DNA of 64,000 bases from Pirellulaceae bacterium (GCA_041739785.1 JBGSNE010000106.1:29649-93648); one strand, 5' to 3'; positions 29,901-39,881 are shown, counted from the stretch's first letter. The notes: generated by a model from the letters alone, not told the origin. Made by a program: numbers and translations.

Positions 29901-31283
29901 CGAAACGATCACGAGTCTCCTTCTTTTTTGTTCTTCCGATGCACGAGTCTCCGCGGCCAATCGGCTAAGTTCTGCTTGATGGGCGCGGTGCTCGACCGAT
30001 TCCAAATAGCCGGTTATCCGCGCAGCCACTTCCTGCGCATTGTTCGGGCGATCTTTCGGATCGGCGGCCAAACATTCTCGAACCAACTGAATTAAAGAGG
30101 GATCTGCGTCGCAATTGGCCAGTCGAGCGTAGCAGGCCTCTAATCGCGCCGCGCTGGCCAAGTGAGATATTTCTTCATGCTGCCAGGTCGCCGTTAGCGA
30201 GTTTAAGTTGGTTGCGCTTGATCTGTTTTCGATATGCAGGGGCTCGTTGGATGAGGTTGTGTAGGGTGGGTAACCAGTGAGTATTTCACACAGGATAGCC
30301 CCCAACCCGAAAACGTCGGTGCGTTCATCCAGGCGATCGATCTGCCCCAAGGCTTGTTCCGGGGGCATGTAGGCGGGTGTGCCGATCACACTGCCCAATT
30401 GCGTTTTGAAATTAGAATCGAGCGGTGCGTTGCGTGAAGAATTTCGCTTGGTGCGCACGACACTCGTATCGCTATCGCATGCATAGGTTGAATCGCTTGT
30501 CCCAACTTGCGGTATAACGGTTGAGCCTTGTGTGGAGTCGCATGTGCTGGCTATAGAGTGTGGATGGAGTAGCTTGGCCAATCCCCAATCCATGACTTGG
30601 ACTTCACCGAAGGTCCCGATCATCACGTTGGATGGTTTTAGATCTCGGTGGATGACACGTCGGCTGTGGGCATAGGCTATTGCCTGGCAGACTTGTTCGA
30701 AGACTCCCAGCAGTTTTGTGCGATCTTGTGGGAGTTCGGTGCGTGCGGCCAATTGCATGGCAAGTGTTTCTCCCTTGACCAGCTTCATGCTGAAGTAAGG
30801 CCGCTGCTGTCCAAACTGTCCTAGTTCATAGACTGGGACGATACCGGGATGCTGGAGTTGGCCGCCAATTTGCGCTTCTTCAATAAATCGCTCGATGAAT
30901 TCGGAGTGGTTGCAGTGTTTGTCGAGTAGAACTTTGATAGCGATGTCGCGACCAAGATCGGTATCGTGGCCTTTGAGAATTGCTCCCATACCTCCCCGGG
31001 CGATCTCGCCATCCAGTCGGTAGCGAGACTGTTGAGCAACCTGCGTCGCCATCTCAGGCGACACGGAGGAAAGCTGTGCGGGAACACCTTTAAGGGGCAG
31101 GTCAATAGCGTCCAGAGCAGCTCCGGCAATTCGCGAAGACAAGGAGTTTGTGTCAAAAGATTCAAGCCGCGACTGACACATCTCGCACTCGAGCACATGT
31201 GACTCGACCTTCTCGAAGAACTGCTCGTCACCTTCTCCTAAGGCAAACAACTTCAAGTCATCTAAGCTGGGATGCCAACTCAT
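26904..31283 (-). CDS. Ser/Thr protein kinase with N-terminal zinc anti-sigma (HxxxCxxC) motif, TM, beta-sandwich repeats and C-terminal TPRs
   Basis: HVLECEMC; [30 protein letters not shown]; two LSALRLEL repeats; [22 protein letters not shown]-type motifs. Confidence 0.93.
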   Translation of the reverse strand: MSWHPSLDDLKLFALGEGDEQFFEKVESHVLECEMCQSRLESFDTNSLSSRIAGAALDAIDLPLKGVPAQLSSVSPEMATQVAQQSRYRLDGEIARGGMGAILKGHDTDLGRDIAIKVLLDKHCNHSEFIERFIEEAQIGGQLQHPGIVPVYELGQFGQQRPYFSMKLVKGETLAMQLAARTELPQDRTKLLGVFEQVCQAIAYAHSRRVIHRDLKPSNVMIGTFGEVQVMDWGLAKLLHPHSIASTCDSTQGSTVIPQVGTSDSTYACDSDTSVVRTKRNSSRNAPLDSNFKTQLGSVIGTPAYMPPEQALGQIDRLDERTDVFGLGAILCEILTGYPPYTTSSNEPLHIENRSSATNLNSLTATWQHEEISHLASAARLEACYARLANCDADPSLIQLVRECLAADPKDRPNNAQEVAARITGYLESVEHRAHQAELSRLAAETRASEEQKRRRLVIVSAAALLLTVAMAGGGWLLVLKKESEIETDKLLKIAQVERLISDELSTARALTAKLHEVDSVLDIDAPALATAREAVDRANSQVADNPIEEALVKQTIAMQAALSEKSQDYQFITGLDNAWRQEMESLAEQVDSLPNMFISHGPRKWSDEQLVAGYQRVFDAWGLHPAQVTVQQAAARIGRLTPRDQSIVIAAMERWLQLLHGPWTFEQWQATNWTVLQPVQLVSRGGDQLAVLDDQSILASGDHPRFGYDLEFETSTTELSALRLELMTDESLPKSGPGRSTSSGGTVTVEGLRCWVTPKDADSAKKPVIFRSATSDYGFNNFPLSTNSWQIPTMARGPHTAVFELEATIYCSAGFRVSIRHDDRRPGRFEDQNMGRFRWSSAARPDARATADWLDGLVDAIDGDPWRRELRKEIRAQDLDSIVRRASDWEGLERQPHVSLIQLAESLRDLSAHTETFLPEVDDWQVVHFEQIKQTWHHSNTAHAQPAELSDDGSIVLLNPRVLPDLTVQELEVGFGDIETVTLLSQPIMRTLSALRLELIPTQFDFGQEGSPQLGRNSQVDLADVKAELMDTNGTVLQRLEFDSLSTDHPWDRQLNLSQSADDTAHTLSRLRDGSQTRQIVFAVVSTELPEKARLRISLVTRHCENLGRFRFSISGSPMPRTNISPALRFLTWMNRRDPSNYWVALELAQSLLRESPPNYVAAKQLATSAVALQPDKLASHIVRIRSLGLNELTVSSPQQHTLHHHAQEIRRRDPQNRFLLNSAEHIFHYAHWHFNQEKDLVAAFDNCFTGYLLHPTYAKTRWGVSFYLDQMIAAEQFEDALSATTHVIAVDPSFAWAYIRQARALLHLGRAEEAHLAMERIGEMTPEDATASNDLAWHLTTYEPEIRLPSQAIRLANRAIEIEPGNFMYWNTLGVAHYRNGDFAAAIESLNKSLEISTVHGGWNWIFLAMAHKQLGDDERAKSNQKKAQGWMEKWASKNMEFVSVFDEAEKLIGELP

Positions 31284-31468
31284 TTCACGTCCTCCCTAGG
31301 GCATTGACTTGCTACTCCACTCTCATCGTAGCGACCCCTTCCACGCTGGACAGATGCGCGTGCAGTACTTGAAACCCGTGTCTCTTATGTCAAATGACTC
31401 ATGTCATTAAGGGCTTTTCCTAGTCGGACGTGAGGTCCATTAAAACATTTTTTGAGCAGCTATTCAAA

Positions 31469-32458
31469 TCAATTGCGAATATTCTCCGCAAACGAAGCTC
31501 GGGTGCTCAGGTCGTGCCAAACTTTAGTATCGATGGAATCAAACACTATATGGACGCTGCCATCGCACAGGGACACGTTTACCAGTGCACCGTGTAAGCT
31601 ACGGGCAGTTAATAGCCCGGATTGCTGAGTGATGTTCATGCAATCGCGTTGCGACGCATTGGGTGGGAAATAGTGGTTGTACAGCGTGTTGCCGTAGTTG
31701 CCCATGATCCATTTCTCACCGCGCTGCCCATAGACATTTCCTGCTCCAGAGTCGTTGCACAACGCCTCAGTTGGAATTGCGCGACCGTAAAGCTCCCACA
31801 TCCCGCCCAGTAAATCGGCTGACGTGACTGATAGGCTGCCCGACCCGATGGGTCGCTCTGAAAAGGCGACTGTGTTTGACGCGCCGTCCAGAATGTCGCG
31901 GAAGCGAAGGCCGGTTTCGGATTTGAAGACACCGTCTGCGGATTGCAGCAAACCACCTTCGACCAAGCCACTGCCTGTACAGGCTGCATAGTTGGTTGCC
32001 GCAAATTCCGAGCCTGGCACCCGACCACTCGTCCTATCGCTGGGGCAGCGCAGAATGCTCAGTGGTGAAGTGGCGGCCAGATAATTGGCCCCACCGTCAA
32101 GCACCGTGCCACTGGTCAGCGTAAAGGTGATTGGAGGAGCCTTCCAGTCGATCGAATTGACTATGGTCCCCTCACAGTGTGGCAATAGATAGGCAAACAC
32201 GGAAAATACTTGCGGAAACGGTCCTCCGCGGCCAGGTGGGAAACGATTCAGCGCGGCATGGTGACTTTGAATTGCGAGGCCCAACTGTTTCAGATTGTTC
32301 TGGCACTCGGTGCGCCGCGCCGCCTCGCGAGCTTGTTGGACCGCCGGCAATAGTAGCCCGACTAGCAGCCCGACGATGGCAATCACCACCAGCAATTCGA
32401 CCAAGGTAAATCCCTGGTTACGAGGACGCAAACGCGTGCTTTGATATCTAGCTTTCAT
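31469..32458 (-). CDS. DUF1559 prepilin-type N-methylation domain protein
   Basis: [47 protein letters not shown]; [10 protein letters not shown]; [17 protein letters not shown]. Confidence 0.96.
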   Translation of the reverse strand: MKARYQSTRLRPRNQGFTLVELLVVIAIVGLLVGLLLPAVQQAREAARRTECQNNLKQLGLAIQSHHAALNRFPPGRGGPFPQVFSVFAYLLPHCEGTIVNSIDWKAPPITFTLTSGTVLDGGANYLAATSPLSILRCPSDRTSGRVPGSEFAATNYAACTGSGLVEGGLLQSADGVFKSETGLRFRDILDGASNTVAFSERPIGSGSLSVTSADLLGGMWELYGRAIPTEALCNDSGAGNVYGQRGEKWIMGNYGNTLYNHYFPPNASQRDCMNITQQSGLLTARSLHGALVNVSLCDGSVHIVFDSIDTKVWHDLSTRASFAENIRN

Positions 32459-32691
32459 GCGTTGAACCGATTCCCAGGGCAATGGCCCGCTCAAGACGGA
32501 TAGTTCCTACCCCACAGCGCAAGGAGCTATGGCTTCGGTCGTTTAACCTCAAGGACGTTCAATTTGACGTCGTCACACACCCTGTGCCGTTGGACTGCGA
32601 TCGAAGAACCTTGCTTTTCGCGTGGGACGTCACACGGAGTGTGACGAGTACTTTCGCTTGCTTTGGCAAAGTCTGCTGCGACGCCGCCAGC

Positions 32692-34374
32692 CTAATCGTT
32701 TAACCCTAGCGTAAACAAACTGTGCCCGGCTGCTATCGTAACATACTGTTTGCCGTCCACCGCATAGGTGACGGGTGCTGCGTGAACCCAGCCCCCCAGA
32801 TCCAACCGCCACAGCTCCTCACCAGTTTCTGCGTGCAAGGCAAAAAAGTTACCGAAGCGCGTGCCGCCAAAGACAACGTTACCCGCAGTGGACAACAATC
32901 CAGATGTTGACTTGGGTTGCACTTCGTACTCCCAGACGAGTTCCCCAGTTAACGGATTCAGCGCGCGAACAGCACTCTTGTATTTGCTGTCCATGATCAG
33001 ATTCCACTCGTTGGCAATGCCCGTCCCGCCCATGTAGAAGCCACCGTTGGGTGGTGGCAATTCTTCTTCCATGGAGTAGACGCAAGCTCCGTCAAAGGCC
33101 AATTGATAAAGCAATTGCGTCTTGGGGCTGAAGCTGGGGGACCACCAATTCGCGGCTCCGCTGATGTCAGGATAGACGAGCACTCCTTCGGGAGTCGGTT
33201 CCTTGCCAGGGATGAGCACTGGCCTGCCCTGTTCGTCGATGCGCTCGGCCCAAGTCTGCTTGGCAAAGGGGCTGGCATGCAGAAAGGTTCCATCCGCGCG
33301 ATCGAGCACATAGTAAAACGCATTGCGGTTGGGCCAAAGCATTAGCTTGCGTGGTTCGCCCTGGAATTCCAAATCGGCCAGCACCGGTATCTGACAGGCG
33401 TCCCAGTCGTGAACATCATGTGGCGTAAATTGGAAATGCCATTTGATTTCACCCGTTTGGGGATCGATGGCCAAGACGCAATCGGAGTACAGATTGGCTC
33501 CTTCGCGAATTTTACCGTTGTAGTCCGGGCCAGGATTGCCGACACCCCAGTACAGTAAGTCTAACTCCGGGTCGTACGAGCCTGTCATCCAAGTTGGTGA
33601 ACCACCGTGTTTCCACGAGTCGCCTTGCCAACTATCGTGTCCAGGTTCACCTGGGCCGGGAATGGAGTGCCTCTTCCAAAGTTCTTTTCCTGTTTGTGCG
33701 TCGTAAGCGGCCAAGAAACCGCGGATTCCCATTTCCCCACCCGCGATTCCGGTAATGACCATGTTTTTCACCACAAGTGGCGCGGCAGTAATGCTCTCTC
33801 CCTTGGCCGGATCACCCACTGGAACTTTCCAGCGCTCGTTTCCACTTTTGGCGTCGAGCGCTACCAGCTTCGCATCCAGCGTCCCCATGTACAGCGTTTC
33901 GCCCAGAATGGCCACGCCTCGGTTGACTTTGCCACAACAAATTGCCAGACGATCTTCAAGCTGAATTTGCTTGTCCCAATACGGCAACCCGGACTTGGCA
34001 TCAAGCGCTACCAACCCATTGCCAGGCAACGTTATGAACATCAAGCCATCGACGACCAGCGGAGAAGTTTCGAAAGCGGAAGTCAGTGGAAATTGCCGGA
34101 CCCATTTTACTTCGAGCCTGCTCACGTTTTGAGAATTGATCTGATCGAGTTGGCTATAGCGCTGCCCATTGTACTGGCCCGAATACATCAGCCAATTGTG
34201 TGATTGCTGGTCGGCATGTAGTAGGTCATCGGATGTCACACCCGAGAAAGGTAAATCGCGGGGTATTGTCTGCGTTGTCGAATTGTGATCTGCTGACTGC
34301 GTTGTTTGTGCACTCACCAATTGCGATAAGAGCAACCAGCCAAGAGTGAAATTGGAAACATTTAATAGCATCAT
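32692..34374 (-). CDS. PQQ-dependent alcohol dehydrogenase family protein, lanthanide-type motif
   Basis: Start ATG 34374 overlaps the upstream stop; signal peptide; WLMYSG, ICCG vicinal Cys, GGE, WGVGNP, FTPHDVHDWD, GGANWWSPS. Confidence 0.93.
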   Translation of the reverse strand: MMLLNVSNFTLGWLLLSQLVSAQTTQSADHNSTTQTIPRDLPFSGVTSDDLLHADQQSHNWLMYSGQYNGQRYSQLDQINSQNVSRLEVKWVRQFPLTSAFETSPLVVDGLMFITLPGNGLVALDAKSGLPYWDKQIQLEDRLAICCGKVNRGVAILGETLYMGTLDAKLVALDAKSGNERWKVPVGDPAKGESITAAPLVVKNMVITGIAGGEMGIRGFLAAYDAQTGKELWKRHSIPGPGEPGHDSWQGDSWKHGGSPTWMTGSYDPELDLLYWGVGNPGPDYNGKIREGANLYSDCVLAIDPQTGEIKWHFQFTPHDVHDWDACQIPVLADLEFQGEPRKLMLWPNRNAFYYVLDRADGTFLHASPFAKQTWAERIDEQGRPVLIPGKEPTPEGVLVYPDISGAANWWSPSFSPKTQLLYQLAFDGACVYSMEEELPPPNGGFYMGGTGIANEWNLIMDSKYKSAVRALNPLTGELVWEYEVQPKSTSGLLSTAGNVVFGGTRFGNFFALHAETGEELWRLDLGGWVHAAPVTYAVDGKQYVTIAAGHSLFTLGLND

Positions 34375-35201
34375 TTCGGCGGTTCCAGCTGCAGCGAGTA
34401 GATATAGGTGGTAATGTCTTCGACGTCTTCGCTGGAGAGTTTCTCTTTGAAGCTCGGCATCAGGGATTGATGTGGGCGTTTTATCTCCTGAACGCGTCGC
34501 TTGTCGATCGTATGCAAGTTTTCCTGAGCGTCCATCACCAACAGAAAATAGGAATTCTCGTGTAGTCGGCGACCAGATAGAATCTGTTCGTCCTCCAACT
34601 GTAGTTTGACTTGTTGATATTCCAAATCGATTTGTGCGTCGGGTGCCAGCATCGAATTTCGAACGTAGTTTGGCGGCGCGGTCAGGCGCGACAGATCTGG
34701 CCCCTGGCGTCCGCCATGGCTGCCTGTCCAATGGCAACTGCCGCATTGATTCTGCTTGAATAGTTCGTAGCCGCGGGCCACATCGCCGGTCGGCGGCTTG
34801 TGTTCGCTGGGCTTCAAGGCAGCTGCGCGAAGATAAGCGATCATTGGCAACTGAATATCATCGTACTTGCCGCGTCCCTCCATGTCCGTACCAGGAATTC
34901 CCTCCTGGATGACTTGCAGAAGTTCTTCGTCGGTTTTCCCATGGCGAAAGTTTCCCGTGGTCAGATCTGGCCCTCGGGCACCTTTGCCGTCGCGTCCATG
35001 GCAACGACTGCAGTAAGCATTCACATACTGTTTACCCATGCGAATATCGAAGGCCACATTTTCTGCCCAAGCCACATCGCTTTGTCCTCCGCCTACTATT
35101 TCCTGCGCGGACGTCGGAATAGCAACTAGACAATACATGAGTGCTGTGTGCCAACATGGATGTCCTAGGTAGAGCGATATCAAGCGGGAAGCTTTAATCA
35201 T
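34371..35201 (-). CDS. Di-heme c-type cytochrome with Pirellula/Verrucomicrobium-type heme-binding domain
   Basis: CSRCH, GPDL, GIPGTDM, CGSCH, GPDLS, SLMP; ATGA overlaps on both sides. Confidence 0.92.
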   Translation of the reverse strand: MIKASRLISLYLGHPCWHTALMYCLVAIPTSAQEIVGGGQSDVAWAENVAFDIRMGKQYVNAYCSRCHGRDGKGARGPDLTTGNFRHGKTDEELLQVIQEGIPGTDMEGRGKYDDIQLPMIAYLRAAALKPSEHKPPTGDVARGYELFKQNQCGSCHWTGSHGGRQGPDLSRLTAPPNYVRNSMLAPDAQIDLEYQQVKLQLEDEQILSGRRLHENSYFLLVMDAQENLHTIDKRRVQEIKRPHQSLMPSFKEKLSSEDVEDITTYIYSLQLEPPK

Positions 35202-36133
35202 GGCACTCGCCGTTTCCATTGTGAATTGACTTCTATCGGCTGACCTTTTTCATCCTTGCCGTCGGTGTGTAGCTTGACCGTGTCCTCGTCTACTCTTTGG
35301 ATCGTCATGATGCCTTCGACGCTGCTCCCATCGGGATAGACGACTTTGCTGGGACCACGGCATTGCTTGGCACCCACTTCGGTGAATTCCACGTGCCAGT
35401 AATTGCCAGAAGCTCCATAGCCGTCGACGACTAGGCATTTTTTGTCTGCGTTCCAGCCGACGGTCTCGATCGCAGACTTGCCTTCGTCCGTCATCCAGTA
35501 TCCGACGCCTGCCATGCCGCCGGCGACCGTTTCAAATGTTACGCTGGCCGTGAGGCCCTTGTTGTTCGTGAACTCCCAATCGCCGGTCAGGTATTCCCAA
35601 GGGTGCGGTTTTTTAGCTCCGCTGGCAACTTTTCCAGTGGCAGCCCGCACCCACTGATCATTGACGACCGTCGTCTCTTGGCCATCGTCGACGTCCCTGA
35701 CCATGCCCAGTAGTTTTGCATCTCCGATCTTGCGAATCATGACGTGTCGAGTTGTCTTACCGCCCACGCCCTTGTTTTCGCCTACGAATTTCCATTCGGT
35801 CTCGCTAGCTTCCATTAAATACAGGGGTCCAGCATCTCCCGTCGAAAAGAAGCCCCACCAAGCCAGCTTGCCGGACTTGGGTTCGATACCCACGAAGCCG
35901 TCCCAAGCCCGTTCAGCATCTTGGGTGCCGTTGGTGCGCATGAATTTTCTATCGAGAGTCCAGGAATAAACATGCCGAATCGGCCCGGTGGCATCGTTTT
36001 GTTCCGCAGGTGTCCAGCTGCCTTCCATGAACTCCGCAAATTGCTTAAAAGCCTTCTCATGGTCCAACGCCGAAACGGGTGGGACGCAGATCGCTGACAG
36101 AACAATTGCCAAAATAGAAGCTAGTGACTTCAT
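35198..36133 (-). CDS. Secreted hypothetical protein, 2 x beta-barrel-like (lipocalin/DUF1579-like) repeat
   Basis: Signal peptide; repeats begin FMEGSW and YLTGDW and end QWVR and QWKR. Confidence 0.8.
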   Translation of the reverse strand: MKSLASILAIVLSAICVPPVSALDHEKAFKQFAEFMEGSWTPAEQNDATGPIRHVYSWTLDRKFMRTNGTQDAERAWDGFVGIEPKSGKLAWWGFFSTGDAGPLYLMEASETEWKFVGENKGVGGKTTRHVMIRKIGDAKLLGMVRDVDDGQETTVVNDQWVRAATGKVASGAKKPHPWEYLTGDWEFTNNKGLTASVTFETVAGGMAGVGYWMTDEGKSAIETVGWNADKKCLVVDGYGASGNYWHVEFTEVGAKQCRGPSKVVYPDGSSVEGIMTIQRVDEDTVKLHTDGKDEKGQPIEVNSQWKRRVP

Positions 36134-36185
36134 TTTGATTCTCCGTTAGGACGAGTGATTCTTGAATTTGTAGGGGGGCTTTAAC

Positions 36186-36232
36186 ACCCTCACCGCTCGC
36201 ATTACTCGCAACCCTCTCGCAAGCGAGAGGGT
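36186..36232. repeat. REP-like hairpin or possible terminator inside the gene run
   Basis: accctcacc ... accctctcgcaagcgagagggt perfect stem. Confidence 0.65.
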
Positions 36233-36254
36233 ACGCAACAGACCCTTACTCTGA

Positions 36255-38105
36255 TTAACGTGTGCGTTTCCAAAGGTCCGATACCGATTGTTCTTGACCA
36301 TCAAAGATGGCGGTGCCGGTCAGGTGGATTTCGTCGGGTGAAGTACGAGTCAGTGTGAGATACAAGTCTTGCTCTTCGTTCGGGGCGGCAAAGCGGCCGG
36401 CAAAAAGCCAAGTATTCTCATCCGTCTGTACCCACACCGAACTGCCGGTTGTGCCGTCGTCGTCTACGTCCATGCTGCGCAGGCATTGCGACACGTGGTC
36501 CACGGACAGCAGGCTCACACCAGGAAAGCGTCCGCCTTGCCGATCCCAAGCGAGCGTCTTGTTACCCGAACGCCAAGTGTAAGTGTGTCTGGCAGTCGGT
36601 GTCTGAGTTTCGCAAACCCATGTTCCGCCGACCACGAATTTGCCATAGTTGGCTAGTGCGGCCTCGGAGGCCCCGATCGGTACACGGGTGTAATCCGCCT
36701 CGAAGGAGCGCCCATCGGCTACTTTACCAATGAATTTGAACTTGTCCGATGAAAAATGCTCGCTTCGACTCGTACCCTGCGCGACCTCACCACTCGGTAA
36801 GTGCAGCGTTACGCGCCCGTAACCATTGGCTAGATCGGCGCTGGGCTTGACGCGCAATACAACGGACAAGTTGTCGACGATCCAGGTCTCCACTAACTCC
36901 CCTGTGGTTGCATCCCAAAAGCCGACACCATGCGTGAGCTTGTTTCCTTCGCGGCTAGAAAGAATCAGACCCGTGTGGGCGTCATTCCAACGAACTTGAT
37001 ACAGACCGGTGAAGGGTTCGCCATTGCGCTGCCCGTGCATTGTCCAAGTCCCCACCAAACGTGACATGAACGGCTTTGCATCAGCAGATAGGTCCGCATT
37101 GTCGCGACGAGTCATCCGCGAGGTGTAACTATCGGTCGGATCGTGGATGTTGTTGACAACTACCTCGTAGGTTTTTGCGTCGATGACTCTTAAAACGAGT
37201 TTGAGCTGTAGCGGCTGGCCACCTTGGAATCCAAATTCGACTCCATGCAATTCGCTACCAGGTTCGATCTTGCGTCCCAGCAGTGGTTCCCAGCTCTCGA
37301 CCGATGCATGGCCAGCATTATCGACCCAGTGGCCAGTCCACCGACCGGTCGTGCGATCGTAGGCCCATAGACTGGTGGTCTTCAAACCCTCCTGTGCGGC
37401 GAACGAGACGATATGAGTACCATCCATCGACGCGCGGGCGATCATGAACTCACCATCGATAACAGAATCATCGCTGTTGGTTCGTTTGACGTCCCATTGG
37501 CCGGTGAAGTAACTGTCGAAGGCTTGGTACTCTTGGCTAGCGCGACGCTCTAACTCGTCTTCGCTCACACGGCGATAGGTTGCCTTGAGCAGCTTAACCG
37601 GATCATCGCCGATTTGGCTGGTGCCGCGAACCTCAAATGTGTTTTCGTCTGGAAACGAAATACTACGCTCATCCTTTCGAGCACTTACTTTTCCGGCCTG
37701 GTCAACGACGCTGCCGCGGATTGGACTGGTGAAACCACCCTCCGCATTGAGCGTGAATGTTGAAGTGAACATCGCTCCATTGTTTGCATACTGTCGCTCG
37801 GTCGCCAACTGTTTTGCCGCGTCCCATCCAATTAGGCCCGTAGCGAATATCGGCTGACCGTTCAGCACCGAGCGTGCGTTGTGGTAGTGGTATTGAATGC
37901 CTTCTCCGTTCGGCAATGCGCTGGCCGAAACGGAGCCCGTGCCCGATTCTTCGCCAATGGAAAAAGATTCATCCCACACGCCGACAAGTTTACCCAAACG
38001 TTCGCGCACCTCGTCGGGCATGCCTTGCGAGTGCGCGGTCGCAGTCAAGGTAAGTGTCAGAATAGATCCAAGCACAACAGTATGTGTTTTGAAAAGAGTG
38101 GACAC
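36255..38105 (-). CDS. Secreted hypothetical protein, 4 x beta-barrel-like repeat
   Basis: GTG start with GGAG RBS; signal peptide; repeats start LVGVW, FTGQW, LVGTW, VGGTW and end YRR, TRR, YTR, WKR. Confidence 0.8.
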   Translation of the reverse strand: MSTLFKTHTVVLGSILTLTLTATAHSQGMPDEVRERLGKLVGVWDESFSIGEESGTGSVSASALPNGEGIQYHYHNARSVLNGQPIFATGLIGWDAAKQLATERQYANNGAMFTSTFTLNAEGGFTSPIRGSVVDQAGKVSARKDERSISFPDENTFEVRGTSQIGDDPVKLLKATYRRVSEDELERRASQEYQAFDSYFTGQWDVKRTNSDDSVIDGEFMIARASMDGTHIVSFAAQEGLKTTSLWAYDRTTGRWTGHWVDNAGHASVESWEPLLGRKIEPGSELHGVEFGFQGGQPLQLKLVLRVIDAKTYEVVVNNIHDPTDSYTSRMTRRDNADLSADAKPFMSRLVGTWTMHGQRNGEPFTGLYQVRWNDAHTGLILSSREGNKLTHGVGFWDATTGELVETWIVDNLSVVLRVKPSADLANGYGRVTLHLPSGEVAQGTSRSEHFSSDKFKFIGKVADGRSFEADYTRVPIGASEAALANYGKFVVGGTWVCETQTPTARHTYTWRSGNKTLAWDRQGGRFPGVSLLSVDHVSQCLRSMDVDDDGTTGSSVWVQTDENTWLFAGRFAAPNEEQDLYLTLTRTSPDEIHLTGTAIFDGQEQSVSDLWKRTR

Positions 38106-38181
38106 TGGGGACTCCGATTGCAATGATGGCTGAATGGGTTGGAAGTGAACTGCCGAGGAGAAGAGCATTTACTTTCTGGGG

Positions 38182-38712
38182 CTAGTGTTTGAACACGCGT
38201 TTCCAGACCGTCTGGCCATCGTCCATCGCTTTACCGTCGACCGTCGTTGAGCGCTTCCAAGTATGGGTTTCACCATCGTCAGTGGTCGTGAGTACCTGAA
38301 CTTCAGTGGTCGGTCTTCCATCGGCCTTAGCACCTTTGGTTCGTTCCGTCCATTTGCCACCTACTTTGGCAATTGTCCCTTCGGCGAAGTCGCCTCCCGA
38401 GTTGGACCATTGGACTTTGATTTGCTTGACACCTGGGTGAAAACTGAGAATCCATGTGCCGGTTCCTTCGCTAGCCTGGTAGGTACCGATCAGGACATTG
38501 CCGTCGGCTGCCATGGTCGATGAGAAGTGTGTGGTGACTTTGTCCCCTTTTTTTCCGAAAGGCGAATCGTCCACCAACGTAGTTGATCCGATCCAGCGGC
38601 CTTCGATGGCTGTGCAGAATTCGCGAAAGTCTTCGCGCGAAGACTCTTGGGCCAGGCATGCGAAGTTGGGTAGTGCCAAGGTGGTCAGTAATAGAATGCT
38701 AAGAAATTTCAT
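38182..38712 (-). CDS. Secreted hypothetical protein, 1 x beta-barrel-like repeat
   Basis: MKFLSILL...CLAQ signal; IEGRW ... VWKR. Confidence 0.8.
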   Translation of the reverse strand: MKFLSILLLTTLALPNFACLAQESSREDFREFCTAIEGRWIGSTTLVDDSPFGKKGDKVTTHFSSTMAADGNVLIGTYQASEGTGTWILSFHPGVKQIKVQWSNSGGDFAEGTIAKVGGKWTERTKGAKADGRPTTEVQVLTTTDDGETHTWKRSTTVDGKAMDDGQTVWKRVFKH

Positions 38713-39247
38713 GATTTCGCCTGTGACAGAGAGGTGCTCGGAAAAGTGTCGACCGCGAAACCGGCGGTCTCTATAGAGCAGAAGGCACTTCCGCCGGCAA
38801 AAATGACTCGAGGCGAAAGAATATTTGTTGAATTCCAATCAACCTTCACCTGCAGAGTGATGCTTGTCCCCCCCAGAAAACACGCGGATGGCAAGCTGAA
38901 CGCGCCGGGGTGCTGCACATTGACAAGCTACTCGGCTGCACAATGGCTGCTTTTTAGATCCCTTTAGCACGACGAAGGAACAGGCCGATCACCACACTGC
39001 TGGGAGCCGATACTCCCACCGGTTTTAACGAATGTGACGCCGATCTGGGGTCGTTTCAGAAAAATTGTGACTTCGACTCTTATAACTTTCTCGCACCATG
39101 CTGGGGAGGCTAATTATGCTGATTCCAACTTCATTAAGTGTCACTCCAATGTTTGGAGAGTGAAAACGTGTCGTGGTGGAATTGCAATTCTAACGACCTT
39201 ATTTGAAGTGACGATGAAGGCTTACTATTTTTGATGGGAGAGAAGCA

Positions 39248-39874
39248 ATGGGGCCAATTGGACCCGGTTCACCAGGTTGGAACGAAGCAGTGGCCAAGAT
39301 GAGGGAGCTGCTAGCCCGCGGGCAAATCAGCAAAGAGGAAATGATCAAGGCCATCCAAGAAGCATCACAACAATTCAACTCATACAGCACCGTTGGCGGC
39401 CCTCGCCCCAATCAGACGGCCAAATACCATGAGATTGCAGAGGTGCAACGCTTGTTAAAGGATGGTCTCATCCAACTGGGAATAGACGTTACCAAAATGC
39501 CCGACGCCTCGTATTTTGCGAATGCGGTACAGGGTGGGTTGCCACTCGCAGCGGCATTCGGTTCGTCAATCCAAGCAGTTGCTCCAGTGGCCATCAATTC
39601 AGCATTCCTCGGACGGTCGTTTGCCGCGAGCCGCGGTATGTCCTCTTCCGCTGGCTTGGCAGGCACTGGCACTGTGGCAACTGTCGGGGGAGCATTGCTC
39701 GCTTTGGCAGCCCTATGCTATGCGCTCAACGAAGTGCATGAAAAGATCAAACGCGATAGTGCGGCTTATAGTGAGATGCGCGATCGGGCTGCCATCGCTT
39801 GGATGCAAGCTAACTTGGAAATGTTCAGCGGTGGACCTCAACCAAGTTATTTCCGGCCTAGAGTGGCTCGTTGA
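39248..39874 (+). CDS. Hypothetical Gly/Ala-rich protein with hydrophobic C-terminal half
   Basis: 208-aa ORF, GGGAG RBS, fills the gap; no recognised family. Confidence 0.65.
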   Translation: MGPIGPGSPGWNEAVAKMRELLARGQISKEEMIKAIQEASQQFNSYSTVGGPRPNQTAKYHEIAEVQRLLKDGLIQLGIDVTKMPDASYFANAVQGGLPLAAAFGSSIQAVAPVAINSAFLGRSFAASRGMSSSAGLAGTGTVATVGGALLALAALCYALNEVHEKIKRDSAAYSEMRDRAAIAWMQANLEMFSGGPQPSYFRPRVAR

Positions 39875-39881
39875 TAATTGG

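Noticed and set aside
32460-32690. Cobalamin or c-di-GMP riboswitch upstream of DUF1559
   Set aside because: Conserved cores (GGGAA...GCCACTG B12 box; GCAAA...GGGACGCAAAGCC) not found on the coding strand
34371-34746. 684-aa form of the PQQ dehydrogenase from the ORF track
   Set aside because: The extra N-terminus overlaps the cytochrome gene out of frame; ATG 34374 gives a signal peptide and an ATGA overlap
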